The notes under the pieces: generated by a model
Seen by the model: the letters and a program-made list of their open reading frames with translations, nothing else
Database searches by the model: none
What the model was told of the DNA's origin: nothing
Part shown: piece after piece, positions 46,462-55,568 of the stretch
How positions within the stretch are numbered: position 1 is the first letter of the stretch
How the letters are laid out: the number at the start of each line of letters is the position of its first letter
IMG/VR virus record: IMGVR_UViG_3300050132_000038
Location: 1 to 64,000 of that record
Direction: 5' to 3' (one strand)
Length of the DNA stretch: 64,000 bases
Translations under genes and position numbers: made by a program

Positions 46462-46739
46462 GGGAAGAACCCGGAGATGATTACTTTGTTGGTAGGATTG
46501 GCGATTGCCTTCCGCGGTAGCTTCTTATACTGCTTGAGCTTATACTGCTTGAGCTTATACTGCTTGAGCTTATACTGACCTGCCTCATTATATATGAGAT
46601 CATTAAGCTCGTCCTGCAAGCTCATGTCCTGATCCGCATTGTTGATGAAGATCTTGTCTAGGTGAGACTGATCTCCAGCCACTATGAAGAAACTCAAAGG
46701 TTCTTGCCTGCACATGTCCCAGATAATTACTGTCTTCAT
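46458..46739 (-). CDS. Hypothetical protein containing an in-frame tandem repeat
   Basis: QYKLK three times plus QYK. Confidence 0.55.
   Translation of the reverse strand: MKTVIIWDMCRQEPLSFFIVAGDQSHLDKIFINNADQDMSLQDELNDLIYNEAGQYKLKQYKLKQYKLKQYKKLPRKAIANPTNKVIISGFFP
46524..46577. repeat. Perfect 15-bp tandem repeat, 3.6 copies
   Basis: (cttatactgcttgag) three times plus cttatactg. Confidence 0.95.
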
Positions 46740-46975
46740 TTTGAATCTCCGTTTAGAATAGGTGGCAGTTCATCGTAGTACTGGTTGTCCTCTAGCCACT
46801 GGGTGATAAGCGAAGTTGACCTTGCAAGATCCTCTTCATTATATAGTTCAGGCCAGGGGCTCTTGATGAACAGGTTGCAGAAGTGCTGGCCTAACCGAAG
46901 ATGTTTCAGGGCTCCCGCATCCTTGTACCGTAGGGTGATGAACTTAGCGAAAGCTCTTGCACACGAATGGTCCAT
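46736..46975 (-). CDS. Hypothetical protein
   Basis: LRLGQHFCN..PELYNE; AAGGAG RBS. Confidence 0.55.
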   Translation of the reverse strand: MDHSCARAFAKFITLRYKDAGALKHLRLGQHFCNLFIKSPWPELYNEEDLARSTSLITQWLEDNQYYDELPPILNGDSK

Positions 46976-47388
46976 TATCTTCTCCTTAGTTCACCGCGCT
47001 TCATAGCTGCGTACTCTGATTCGGATAGTAATTGATCGCCCATTTTATTCCCCGGAGGTGCGATCCTATTCTGAATCTCACGATAACGCTCTTTGGCTGC
47101 TTCTTCACGCTCTGCCATTTCGCCAGTTAGTCGAGGCTGCGCCTTCATCACCGTTACCGGGAATCGTTCGGCTGCACTGCGGGTGTTCACAATTCCTGAC
47201 GTTCTGTACACCGGCATCTTTGACTGAATGAATTCACGTTCAACCTTTGTGCTCCTAGTCGTCTTAGCGAACCCAGACGTCATGCTCTTCAATGCTTGGA
47301 AACGCGCTCCCACTTGCTGCTCTTCTTGTAACTTACGTGCCCGTTCTTTGTCACGGGCGACTGCTGCTTTTGCTTTCTGCGACTTCAC
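46975..47388 (-). CDS. Hypothetical basic protein
   Basis: AAGGA RBS; preceded by TGTAAATA. Confidence 0.55.
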   Translation of the reverse strand: MKSQKAKAAVARDKERARKLQEEQQVGARFQALKSMTSGFAKTTRSTKVEREFIQSKMPVYRTSGIVNTRSAAERFPVTVMKAQPRLTGEMAEREEAAKERYREIQNRIAPPGNKMGDQLLSESEYAAMKRGELRRR

Positions 47389-47438
47389 AGTTTATCCTTA
47401 ACTGACATTCCTAAATACTATTTACACGCCTAAAATGC

Positions 47439-47472
47439 AAAAGAGGATTCAGATTGTTAGTCTGAATCCTCT
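47439..47472 (-). terminator. Intrinsic terminator after NAMPT
   Basis: AGAGGATTCAGA / TCTGAATCCTCT stem followed by T-tract. Confidence 0.8.
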
Positions 47473-47479
47473 ATACTAC

Positions 47480-48880
47480 TTACAGGTTGCTGTTTGAACG
47501 TACTTGTGCGAACGTCATGTCACGGAACATCTGATCGCTACCTAAGGTATTCTTATACACAGGTTCCAGATAGTTGTGATAGGCTACCACACTAGCCTCG
47601 ACTGCAGAAGTCATGATACCCATGTCGTTTGCGTACACCATCTGCCTACCCTTCTTTGAAGCCTTGGCCCTAGAGGTAGCTGGATTCTTAGCAATGCCAG
47701 TCCAACCAGACAATCCATTGGTTACTGCAGATGCCTTGTGTGCATACCCGAGCGTATCACGATTGATACCTTGAAGGAGGGCGCCGCCCATGCCGAATGC
47801 GACGTTCTCGATCGAGAACTTGTTGAGTTCCAATGCCGTGCAAATTGCATTGATAGATGTACGATTCACACCATCGCCTTGAATCACCCGCACTGCTGGG
47901 TGCAACACTGAATAACCTTTACTGTTGGTCGTGTAACCATACGAATTTGCCAGGGAGCGAACAGTGTACATAACTTCCGATACGGGATCACCAGAGTCCG
48001 GACGAATCACAACACGGCCACCTTTCTCCAACACTCGGTCTTTCAGCTGCTTGCCCCAGATGTTGTCTACTGCGTTATGCAGGTCGTAAGCATCTGATAC
48101 GCACGCATAAATCTTGCCCTCACCACCAAAGTTTTCAATCATATTGGCGTAGGCATCAGCCTCGAACTCTTGACCCCAGGAGCAAACAGTGAAGTGCTCC
48201 ATCGCAGGGATTGAATAACCTGCTAATGGTTCCTCGTAGAATTGAGCTGCGGCTTCGATACCGCCCATCGTATCGCTGCCCATGAAGTTAACCAAGTGTG
48301 CCATTGCCCCTAGGCTTGCTGTCTCTTCTGACGATGCACCGCGAGCACCAAAGTCATGCAAGCGGAACCCCAACTCTGCCTTTGGACTATCGCAGGTCTT
48401 CTCTAGCCATTTGCGAAGATCTTGCTTGATGTGCCAGCTCAGGGTTGCCACAGTCGATGGATACCAGAGCGCACGCAGCAAGGAGGTTTCAACGAATTGC
48501 CCAATCCAAGGAATCGAAGGATCGGTGGACATTACCTGATACAGGGGGACACGGTTCGGGACGACCAAGCCTTCGGGCAGAGCTTGCAGGCTAATAGGAG
48601 GCAGCCCTTTGTGGATTTCGACAATTCGCATGAACTCAGCGTAGGGGAAGTACCCACTGTGGCGAAGTGCAGTAGCCTGGGCGTACTTAACTTGCTCCCT
48701 GGTCAACGGGTTACTTCGAATCTTCCGCAGCCATGCTTGAAGCCCAAACACCATGCTCTTCTTGAAGACTTCATCCGACCGTGCTTCTGCGTAGCTGCTA
48801 ACGTTACGCAAGGACTTAGGGAGCTGCAGGTAGTGGGAGTATTTATATGAATCGGTATCGAGTGCGAAATTATAGGTCAT
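47480..48880 (-). CDS. nadV: Nicotinamide phosphoribosyltransferase
   Basis: DTDSYKYSH, LHDFGARG, SIPAMEH, CVSDAYD, IRPDSGDP, IQGDG, FGMGGALLQ, SKKGR. Confidence 0.95.
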   Translation of the reverse strand: MTYNFALDTDSYKYSHYLQLPKSLRNVSSYAEARSDEVFKKSMVFGLQAWLRKIRSNPLTREQVKYAQATALRHSGYFPYAEFMRIVEIHKGLPPISLQALPEGLVVPNRVPLYQVMSTDPSIPWIGQFVETSLLRALWYPSTVATLSWHIKQDLRKWLEKTCDSPKAELGFRLHDFGARGASSEETASLGAMAHLVNFMGSDTMGGIEAAAQFYEEPLAGYSIPAMEHFTVCSWGQEFEADAYANMIENFGGEGKIYACVSDAYDLHNAVDNIWGKQLKDRVLEKGGRVVIRPDSGDPVSEVMYTVRSLANSYGYTTNSKGYSVLHPAVRVIQGDGVNRTSINAICTALELNKFSIENVAFGMGGALLQGINRDTLGYAHKASAVTNGLSGWTGIAKNPATSRAKASKKGRQMVYANDMGIMTSAVEASVVAYHNYLEPVYKNTLGSDQMFRDMTFAQVRSNSNL

Positions 48881-48881
48881 G

Positions 48882-48929
48882 GCAAATCTCCTTTGCTTTA
48901 AATGGATTCCTCGGACTCACTGCCCGAGG
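48882..48929 (-). promoter_or_regulatory. Tandem-hairpin 5' leader occluding the NAMPT RBS
   Basis: CCTCGGGC-AGTGA-GTCCGAGG, 12 nt, then GCAAA-GGAGA-TTTGC and ATG. Confidence 0.6.
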
Positions 48930-48951
48930 TTTGGTGCTACAGGATATATTG

Positions 48952-50052
48952 TTAGTCCACGGGTAGCATATTAATCATTTTGTGGATAATCCAGTAATGG
49001 TCACTATAGAGCTCCTGCGGGTTCAGCAACCCCAGAGGGAACCAACGAGCTTCCGCTGCGTCATCCCCTGCTTCTACTTCTGGCAATGTTGGGCGATCAT
49101 TTAACAGATACAGATACGCATGAGTGATAATGCGCCCTCGTTCGTCTGAACGATTCGGATCAGAGAACACATGCTTGAATCTGAAAGACAGATCAATGAT
49201 CTCCCGTGACAATCCAATCTTCGTCTCCTCTCGTGCTTCACGAGCTGAACTATCAGCCAGCTTCTCGAACTCGTTAGTGAATCCACCAGGGAGCGCCCAC
49301 AGCCCTTTACCTGGATTCATCCCTCGCTTGATAAGCAGTACGTGATTCGATTGAATGAACACGGAATCGGTAGTCGTGTGCGTCGCATTGTACGGCTTGC
49401 CCCTGCCGTCTTTGCCAACGTACTTGTGCTCTAGCTTATACTGTGCTGCGAAGTCCCGCGATTCAACTAACCCATTCACAATGTCTGCGTTGTTCTCAAG
49501 CCAGCTCTCAAGGTACGGAACAACAGGAGCGGGTACTTGCATCTTCCATCCCTTATGTCCGTCCAGCATATTATTGCGAATGTCCGTGGCGCTAAGGATA
49601 ACGCCATCCTCCTTGTAGGCACCCACGTCCACCGAACCCCACTGCGGAAACTTCTTCAAGTAGTACGAGGTATGATCCTTAGAGAAACCAACAAGGCCGA
49701 CCTTAACCTCAGCCTCCCTAACCCCACTCAGAGCTTCTACAGCGTTTACACCCTTGGCAACCTTACGCTGAGCTTCCATGCACCAGTGAAAATCGTTGTC
49801 GTGCATGTAATCGTTCAGGCTATCTACTAACAGCGAATCGTCAGTAAGTTCCTGCCTAAAGGTTTTAAGTAGCATCAGCGCAACCTCATCAGCCGTCCAT
49901 GGATTCTTTACCGTGCGAGGACGATTGGCTGAACCCACTAGAACCAGAACGTGACGAGCACGCTTCAATGCCTCGCGGATTACAAACTCATGCCCCCTGT
50001 GTAACGGGCGGAAGCGACCGATGAATACCAACAAATCATATTCGTATTGCAT
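48952..50052 (-). CDS. nadM: Bifunctional NMN adenylyltransferase / Nudix ADP-ribose pyrophosphatase (NadM-Nudix)
   Basis: FIGRFRPLHRGH, GSAN, KNPW, SATDIR, then Nudix box LPGG..AREAREETK and AGDDA. Start placed at ATG 50052 after the GGAGA RBS. Confidence 0.93.
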   Translation of the reverse strand: MQYEYDLLVFIGRFRPLHRGHEFVIREALKRARHVLVLVGSANRPRTVKNPWTADEVALMLLKTFRQELTDDSLLVDSLNDYMHDNDFHWCMEAQRKVAKGVNAVEALSGVREAEVKVGLVGFSKDHTSYYLKKFPQWGSVDVGAYKEDGVILSATDIRNNMLDGHKGWKMQVPAPVVPYLESWLENNADIVNGLVESRDFAAQYKLEHKYVGKDGRGKPYNATHTTTDSVFIQSNHVLLIKRGMNPGKGLWALPGGFTNEFEKLADSSAREAREETKIGLSREIIDLSFRFKHVFSDPNRSDERGRIITHAYLYLLNDRPTLPEVEAGDDAAEARWFPLGLLNPQELYSDHYWIIHKMINMLPVD

Positions 50053-50054
50053 TT

Positions 50055-50098
50055 GCAAATCTCCTTTGCGGATTTATACTAGAGGGCTCTCTGCCCTC
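50055..50098 (-). promoter_or_regulatory. Tandem-hairpin 5' leader occluding the NadM-Nudix RBS
   Basis: GAGGGC-AGAGA-GCCCTC, 12 nt, then GCAAA-GGAGA-TTTGC and ATG. Confidence 0.6.
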
Positions 50099-50104
50099 AT
50101 TTAC

Positions 50105-50112
50105 TATTTACA
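50105..50112 (-). promoter_or_regulatory. TGTAAATA promoter-like motif (one of ten copies found)
   Basis: Immediately upstream of the nadM leader; resembles the T4 late -10 box TATAAATA. Confidence 0.5.
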
Positions 50113-50113
50113 G

Positions 50114-50470
50114 TCAAACATCAAAGTTAAGCAACAGAGTAACGGGGTCGATGAACTCAACAGGCTTACCATGTTCCCTACAGAGTTTAATCTCTGCTTG
50201 AACTCCCGTCGAAGTCTCCCACCCGAACATTGTTAAAACAATCATACTGCCGCATTGCTTGAGTAACGTCTCCGAGTATGTTTTCCAATACGCCCAATCA
50301 CTAGGCAGCTCACCGTAGTTAAGTATGAAGTGCTTCAACAGTGGCGATACTGTGTAGATGCCCTTCTCCATCAACCGTGCATCACATCGACAGAGTGTGT
50401 GGATGCGATCTTCAAGGACCAATGGGTCGCTATCCGAGTAAGGTGCTGCTAGGTATATCAACTTTTCCAT
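50114..50470 (-). CDS. DUF1937 / nucleoside deoxyribosyltransferase-like protein
   Basis: IYLAAPYS, VSPL..H, W, GWETSTGVQAEI. Confidence 0.72.
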   Translation of the reverse strand: MEKLIYLAAPYSDSDPLVLEDRIHTLCRCDARLMEKGIYTVSPLLKHFILNYGELPSDWAYWKTYSETLLKQCGSMIVLTMFGWETSTGVQAEIKLCREHGKPVEFIDPVTLLLNFDV

Positions 50471-50473
50471 TGC

Positions 50474-50758
50474 TTAATACTCCAGGCCAAGAGCCTTGCG
50501 AACTAACTTCTCGTCACGCTCAGGCTTCGATTCTTTGTTGAGTGAATCACTCCGGCCGTGGCACCGTACACCAATTCCAAACTGTGAATTCTTATCTGCG
50601 TACACATCGACGAACCCCGCAGATAACACTTCGTAGAACATACGCCTGCCCATATCCGCATGAACAACACACTCAGGGAAAACTATAGCTACTAGGCACA
50701 GCATTTCTTTACCGTTGACTTCACCGCGAACCTGCCCGACTACATACTTTGATTTCAT
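50474..50758 (-). CDS. Hypothetical protein
   Basis: IVFPECVVH..SAGF..C.GRSDSL; GAGG RBS. Confidence 0.55.
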   Translation of the reverse strand: MKSKYVVGQVRGEVNGKEMLCLVAIVFPECVVHADMGRRMFYEVLSAGFVDVYADKNSQFGIGVRCHGRSDSLNKESKPERDEKLVRKALGLEY

Positions 50759-51169
50759 CCATCACCTCAGAATAGTTAGTTGACGTTCGGCCAAGGCATC
50801 GAGTTCGGCCTCGCTAATCCTTCCTGCGTTCTTGTCATCGAGTGCCCTAGTGAGCACGTCTATGACTGATCGCAAGAGTTCGAGCTGCTGATTGAGTTGG
50901 TGGTGCTTCACCATAATCTCAAGCATCACTTCTTGGAATTTGCTTTCCATAGGTCCTCATATAGTAAACTTCTTCGGTTGGGCTCTTCGTTACTCCTGAA
51001 CCTCAAAGCGGGAACACGCTACGTAAGCAGTGTCGCCCGCGTCGTCTAGTATGATATAACACGAGCCATACGTACCGCGCACCTTGTATGTCTTTCCTAC
51101 AGTGAACTTGTAGTAACGACTCGTGTACCCATCGGGCTTCCCTAACAACTTAACATTCATCACTTCACT

Positions 51170-52576
51170 CTATTTGTTTGCCAGTACCAAACCTTCCGCG
51201 GCCAATGCTTTAACAAGGGTCTCCAGTTCTGACTCGCTGAACTCAACGTCCTTGATTGTGATGGAGCGACTCACCAGGCTGCTCTGTGCGGGAGGTACAG
51301 TCTTGCCATAGCCCAGGTTCCGCAATTCGTGAACAAGCTGCCGGCACTCAGTAAGAGTGAATGATTGACCTTTAACGCGCACCGTCAGGTCAAGCAAAGG
51401 TGCTGCCTCAGGTGCTTTGATAGCTTTGACTTGAACAAGAGAAGTGGTCATTGCGATTTCCTCTACAGTGGTTACTGGTTTAACAGCGGGAGCTGCTTGG
51501 GTAACTGTCGGCGTAACTGTGGTTGCGCTAGGCTTAGCAGGACTTGTGGAGTATGCCGTAGGGTCAATTATCTCAGGTCGCAGTGTCCACACGTTGACGG
51601 ATAGCCCTCCCTTGTTAAGTCCATGGGTTGTATCGAACCATCCTTTACCCTTCATGGTGGACATTAAGTTCTGTATACGGAGCGTAGGCTGCTCAGGACG
51701 TATAGCCTGAACCAACGCCGCTACCTCTGACGACTTGTACGATTTGCGATCCGACATTGCCTTCCAAATCAACACGAGGATCGTGTCATCCTTACTCATG
51801 CTGGCCGAGTGATCTACAAAGACGGGTTGCGTTTCTGCAGCCTTCACCACGGCAGGAACAATAGAGAAGGGTGGTTCCTCCTTGAACTCAGCTTTGGGTT
51901 GAGGGCTCTGGCTTGCGATGCTTTCGGTGGAAGTCAACAGCGACGGCATAGGGAAGTCCTTACGTAGAGAGTATGCTACACCGGAACCTTTGTGGTTCCG
52001 ACGATCAAACCAGCGATTCGTTCTAATCAGTGTGTCTAATCGTTTGTCTGTGATACGGCTATCGAACTTGTACTCAGCTAGTATCTTGCGAATCTCGTAA
52101 GGGGTGCGGGGCCTACCGTCTGACATAACTTTCCAGATGCCGACGTCCAGGCCCTCCTCAGGACGAATCACTCCTTTAGGATCTGGGGTGGCTCGCTCAT
52201 TAGGTTCTCGCTGAACCCACTTTGCATTCCTAGTCGTGATAGTAGTGTCCATTATTTTCTTCTTCATGGTGTAGGTAAGAATGCCACTTGCTGCTCTAAC
52301 AACAGTGAAGTGGCCATCAGCCGCATACTTGTTCATCACTACTGCAACCATCTTGGCGTCAGGATGCTTACTAAGTCTCTGTAGAACATCGTTGATTGTC
52401 CAACCTCGGTAATTCGACATTAGGTCAGTCACACAATCACGAATGTCCTCCATAGGGTCCGGCTTGTTTAAGTCTGCTGCTAACTGCGAACCAAACGATC
52501 CCTCTGGTTTGGCTACCGAGAATAAACTCGGTAACTGATTCAGGTCTTTTACTTTGTACCCTTTAGACATACTCAT
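51170..52576 (-). CDS. Multi-repeat putative DNA-binding protein
   Basis: Three xxxxMS[DN]..[ED][IV] winged-helix-like repeats and two C-terminal repeats. Confidence 0.55.
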   Translation of the reverse strand: MSMSKGYKVKDLNQLPSLFSVAKPEGSFGSQLAADLNKPDPMEDIRDCVTDLMSNYRGWTINDVLQRLSKHPDAKMVAVVMNKYAADGHFTVVRAASGILTYTMKKKIMDTTITTRNAKWVQREPNERATPDPKGVIRPEEGLDVGIWKVMSDGRPRTPYEIRKILAEYKFDSRITDKRLDTLIRTNRWFDRRNHKGSGVAYSLRKDFPMPSLLTSTESIASQSPQPKAEFKEEPPFSIVPAVVKAAETQPVFVDHSASMSKDDTILVLIWKAMSDRKSYKSSEVAALVQAIRPEQPTLRIQNLMSTMKGKGWFDTTHGLNKGGLSVNVWTLRPEIIDPTAYSTSPAKPSATTVTPTVTQAAPAVKPVTTVEEIAMTTSLVQVKAIKAPEAAPLLDLTVRVKGQSFTLTECRQLVHELRNLGYGKTVPPAQSSLVSRSITIKDVEFSESELETLVKALAAEGLVLANK

Positions 52577-52776
52577 TTCACTCCGTACTTTGCCGCGAAA
52601 TTGGCAACGCGCCGCCAGAAGATGTGTTTGTAGGTCGGTGTATGTACGTCGTTCATAGCCACCCGTGCTACGCTATTAACTCGCCTACGCCGGGAGGGCC
52701 CTTTCAGCCGTTCTCGTTTTAAGGCCACGCGCTTGGAGCCAAGACTACCTCGCCGAAAATAAAATAGTGTCATCAT
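52573..52776 (-). CDS. Small Arg-rich protein
   Basis: ATGA-coupled on both sides; ends KYGVK like the ligase. Confidence 0.5.
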   Translation of the reverse strand: MMTLFYFRRGSLGSKRVALKRERLKGPSRRRRVNSVARVAMNDVHTPTYKHIFWRRVANFAAKYGVK

Positions 52777-54713
52777 TTCACTCCATACTTCTTACAAAAT
52801 TCGGTGAACGTCATCGCCTTGTCACCTGCCTTCTCAATCTTCGATGATTTACGACCTCCCTCACGGTATAGAAGCACCGTGGTCTTTGTGGAGAAGTCCG
52901 CAACAGTTCCGCCTAGTGCTTCAATCATAGATAACTGTGCTTGATCTCGATAGCCAGTGAACGTAGCAACGACACCAGCCAACTTACTATTGAGTACCTT
53001 CTTGGCTTTCTTTGGCTTGGGCAAGTCACCGTTGACTGTAAGATACTTCGTAACGTCGGCGAACCAACTCTTAAAGTTCTCGACCCCCTCTAGGATAAGA
53101 TTCACTGTATTATCGGCAAATCCTTTAGTTGCAAGGAGCTTGGTTTTTATCTCCTTGAATGATAACTCGGAACTGTAACCGCACAACTCATTCATCGAAA
53201 TGCCTACGGCTTCGACTGCGGAAAGACGACGCTCGCCTACACCAACATCGAAACACGAGGAAGCAACCATCAACTGCTTCAATGAGATTTCATTACACAG
53301 CACTCGCGTCAACTCAGTGAGAACCTTTTCTGATTGGTTTGGCCCGAGTCCTGCATTTTCTAATACTGCTATAGCAGTAGCGTCCTTGCCCTGCACAAGC
53401 TTAATGTAATCGTGCGGGTGCTTAAGACCTCCTTTTACATCATGTAACTTCCCAATCGTCTTGCGTGCGATGAATTCAATTCCTAGTGTCGTTAGGAAAC
53501 GATCAATGATCCGAACCCTTTGTTCTGGTGAGCTCTCAATCGCCATGAAGTTTACGCCGACTAACTTGTGAGGTACTTCCGGCAACTGAATCTTGCCCTT
53601 CTTCACGACACCCACGACCTTCGGTATCACTCCTCCGCTGCGAACGATTTTCAAGATAGCACCAGGTCCTATACCCCTATCAAGCATCCACTTCGCATTG
53701 TGTACCGTGCAGAACTTAACGAGTACGCCATCCATCTTCGTCGGCTCAATCTCAATCTTAGGCACTACTCGGCCAAAGCCTGACGTCTGATAAATCACGC
53801 GCTTAACTTTGCATTCTGCTGCGTTTGCTTCATCGTTGAACTTATATGCGATTAACTGCTTCGGCTTCTCCGCGTCCTCGTAATGCATCACCCAATCAGC
53901 AGGGGCAATCACCAGCCCATCCATCTCATACTCCGAGTCGTCGCGTATTTCAGCGAGTTCGTTCGCGTGATTGATGTCCGGTAATTCTGAGGAAGCAACT
54001 AGGTAATGCGTAACTACTTTGAATCCCCACTTCCTTGCCAACTTCAAGCCCTCAGGAAGGGTAGAACCGTAGACACCCAGGACCACCAGATCAACATCAA
54101 TTAAGGCCGGGTGCATATCCTTGCGATTGAACAATCCATTCACGAGGTTACGGCCGTTGTCTGCACCTGCATCACCCTTTGCCTCACGACTCCAGTTCTT
54201 CTCAAACACTTTCTTCTTCATCAACCCTTCGAGACGAAACACTGTTTGTTCCTTAGTAGAGATTGTCGCCGGGATCAACTTGAGCTTAGTCAAGTGCGGG
54301 ATGAAGAATGAAATGTCACCGCCGGTGATACCATCGCCACGCGTAATCAATCGGGATGCTTTGCCGTTCTCATAAATAAGTTGAAGCGATGTACCGTCTA
54401 GCTTATCAGACCAGACCCATTTCTTAACTGCTTTGTGCTTTGCGTAGAACTTGGGAACTGCCTCGTCGTACATTTTATTCAACGAGGGCATTGGTCTCCA
54501 CAGCAGTGTGTCGGTTTTCTTATCTGCGACCTTCACGCCGGTCTTCTTCAAGCGATCCCACTCAGGAGAAACTTTACGAATCGTATCTTCCAGCTTATCA
54601 AAAGCCTTATCACTCATAATCGGCTCGTTGCCGTTGTAGTACGCAGTCTGCGCTTTCACGTACAGCTTCTTCATTTCAGAAAGTGTCATTGGAGTCGGTG
54701 CCATTTTTTTCAA
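52773..54713 (-). CDS. ligA: NAD-dependent DNA ligase
   Basis: YYNG..MSD..FD, MPSL, KLDG, TRGDG..G.D, DGLVI, AYKF, TVHN, RSGGVIPK, C-terminal BRCT (FTG..GG..SSKIEKA). Confidence 0.93.
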   Translation of the reverse strand: MKKMAPTPMTLSEMKKLYVKAQTAYYNGNEPIMSDKAFDKLEDTIRKVSPEWDRLKKTGVKVADKKTDTLLWRPMPSLNKMYDEAVPKFYAKHKAVKKWVWSDKLDGTSLQLIYENGKASRLITRGDGITGGDISFFIPHLTKLKLIPATISTKEQTVFRLEGLMKKKVFEKNWSREAKGDAGADNGRNLVNGLFNRKDMHPALIDVDLVVLGVYGSTLPEGLKLARKWGFKVVTHYLVASSELPDINHANELAEIRDDSEYEMDGLVIAPADWVMHYEDAEKPKQLIAYKFNDEANAAECKVKRVIYQTSGFGRVVPKIEIEPTKMDGVLVKFCTVHNAKWMLDRGIGPGAILKIVRSGGVIPKVVGVVKKGKIQLPEVPHKLVGVNFMAIESSPEQRVRIIDRFLTTLGIEFIARKTIGKLHDVKGGLKHPHDYIKLVQGKDATAIAVLENAGLGPNQSEKVLTELTRVLCNEISLKQLMVASSCFDVGVGERRLSAVEAVGISMNELCGYSSELSFKEIKTKLLATKGFADNTVNLILEGVENFKSWFADVTKYLTVNGDLPKPKKAKKVLNSKLAGVVATFTGYRDQAQLSMIEALGGTVADFSTKTTVLLYREGGRKSSKIEKAGDKAMTFTEFCKKYGVK

Positions 54714-54740
54714 TTTCCTTTTGAGTTTATCAGTTTAAGC

Positions 54741-55343
54741 TTATTCAAACCGAAGTGGGTTCTTTGTAATTGCCAATCGAATGTTGCGCATCTTCAACTC
54801 TGATCCCCAGATTTTGGTAATCATCTTATTGAAGTCATCGACGGTGCGGATTCGGGGACTCTTGATAATTTTGGAACCTCTCAACTCCAAAAGATAGACG
54901 CATAGGTTCTTACCGTAGGCCTCACCAATACGGTTAATCCAAAAGCGTCGGCCAAAGTCGGTTTGAATCTGGTCGCTGATAATGTCGTGACGCTCAAACA
55001 AAACTTCCCAGAAGACTTTAGGAGCGAATCGCACTGGGGTTGCGAACTCAGGGTCACTCCAAACACCTACTTGACATCCTGCTCGTAAGGGAGGGGCTTT
55101 AATGTCTGCTACCTTTACGCAGTAACGGGTTAAACCTTCACCGTCAACTGCAAAGAAGTATTCGACAGGTTGTCCGTCTTCTACTGTGAAACGTCTAAAG
55201 AGTGTAGCTTGACCAAGATCACTAACTTCCTTGGCATCCCCTAACCATTCAGAGGTCACCCTGGCATTCATAATATCAGACAGCGAAAATTGCTCAAATG
55301 CAAAGGCTTTCTTTGTAAGTTGGATAGCTAGTACCTCGTACAT
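54741..55343 (-). CDS. Hypothetical protein, possibly GNAT-like
   Basis: IISDQIQTDFGRRFW; has its own TG.TATAAT promoter-like sequence. Confidence 0.5.
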   Translation of the reverse strand: MYEVLAIQLTKKAFAFEQFSLSDIMNARVTSEWLGDAKEVSDLGQATLFRRFTVEDGQPVEYFFAVDGEGLTRYCVKVADIKAPPLRAGCQVGVWSDPEFATPVRFAPKVFWEVLFERHDIISDQIQTDFGRRFWINRIGEAYGKNLCVYLLELRGSKIIKSPRIRTVDDFNKMITKIWGSELKMRNIRLAITKNPLRFE

Positions 55344-55379
55344 GCTGTTGCTCCTGGTATAACTTATTATATCACATAT

Positions 55380-55568
55380 TTACACAACTTTGTTTAGTTT
55401 ATGGATGAGGTAGAACTTATCGGAAGCGAACAGTTTGTTTAACGCATCAGCTACTATCTGCGATTGGGTGAGTTCTGACCACTCTGCGTACTGCTCGAGT
55501 TCCGCTTGTACTTCCTTTTCCAAGTTGAATCGTACTACTGCTTTCTTTTCTTTTATGATACGAGGCAT
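55380..55568 (-). CDS. Ribbon-helix-helix-like DNA-binding protein
   Basis: VRFNLEKEVQAELEQYA..TQSQIVADAL. Confidence 0.55.
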   Translation of the reverse strand: MPRIIKEKKAVVRFNLEKEVQAELEQYAEWSELTQSQIVADALNKLFASDKFYLIHKLNKVV

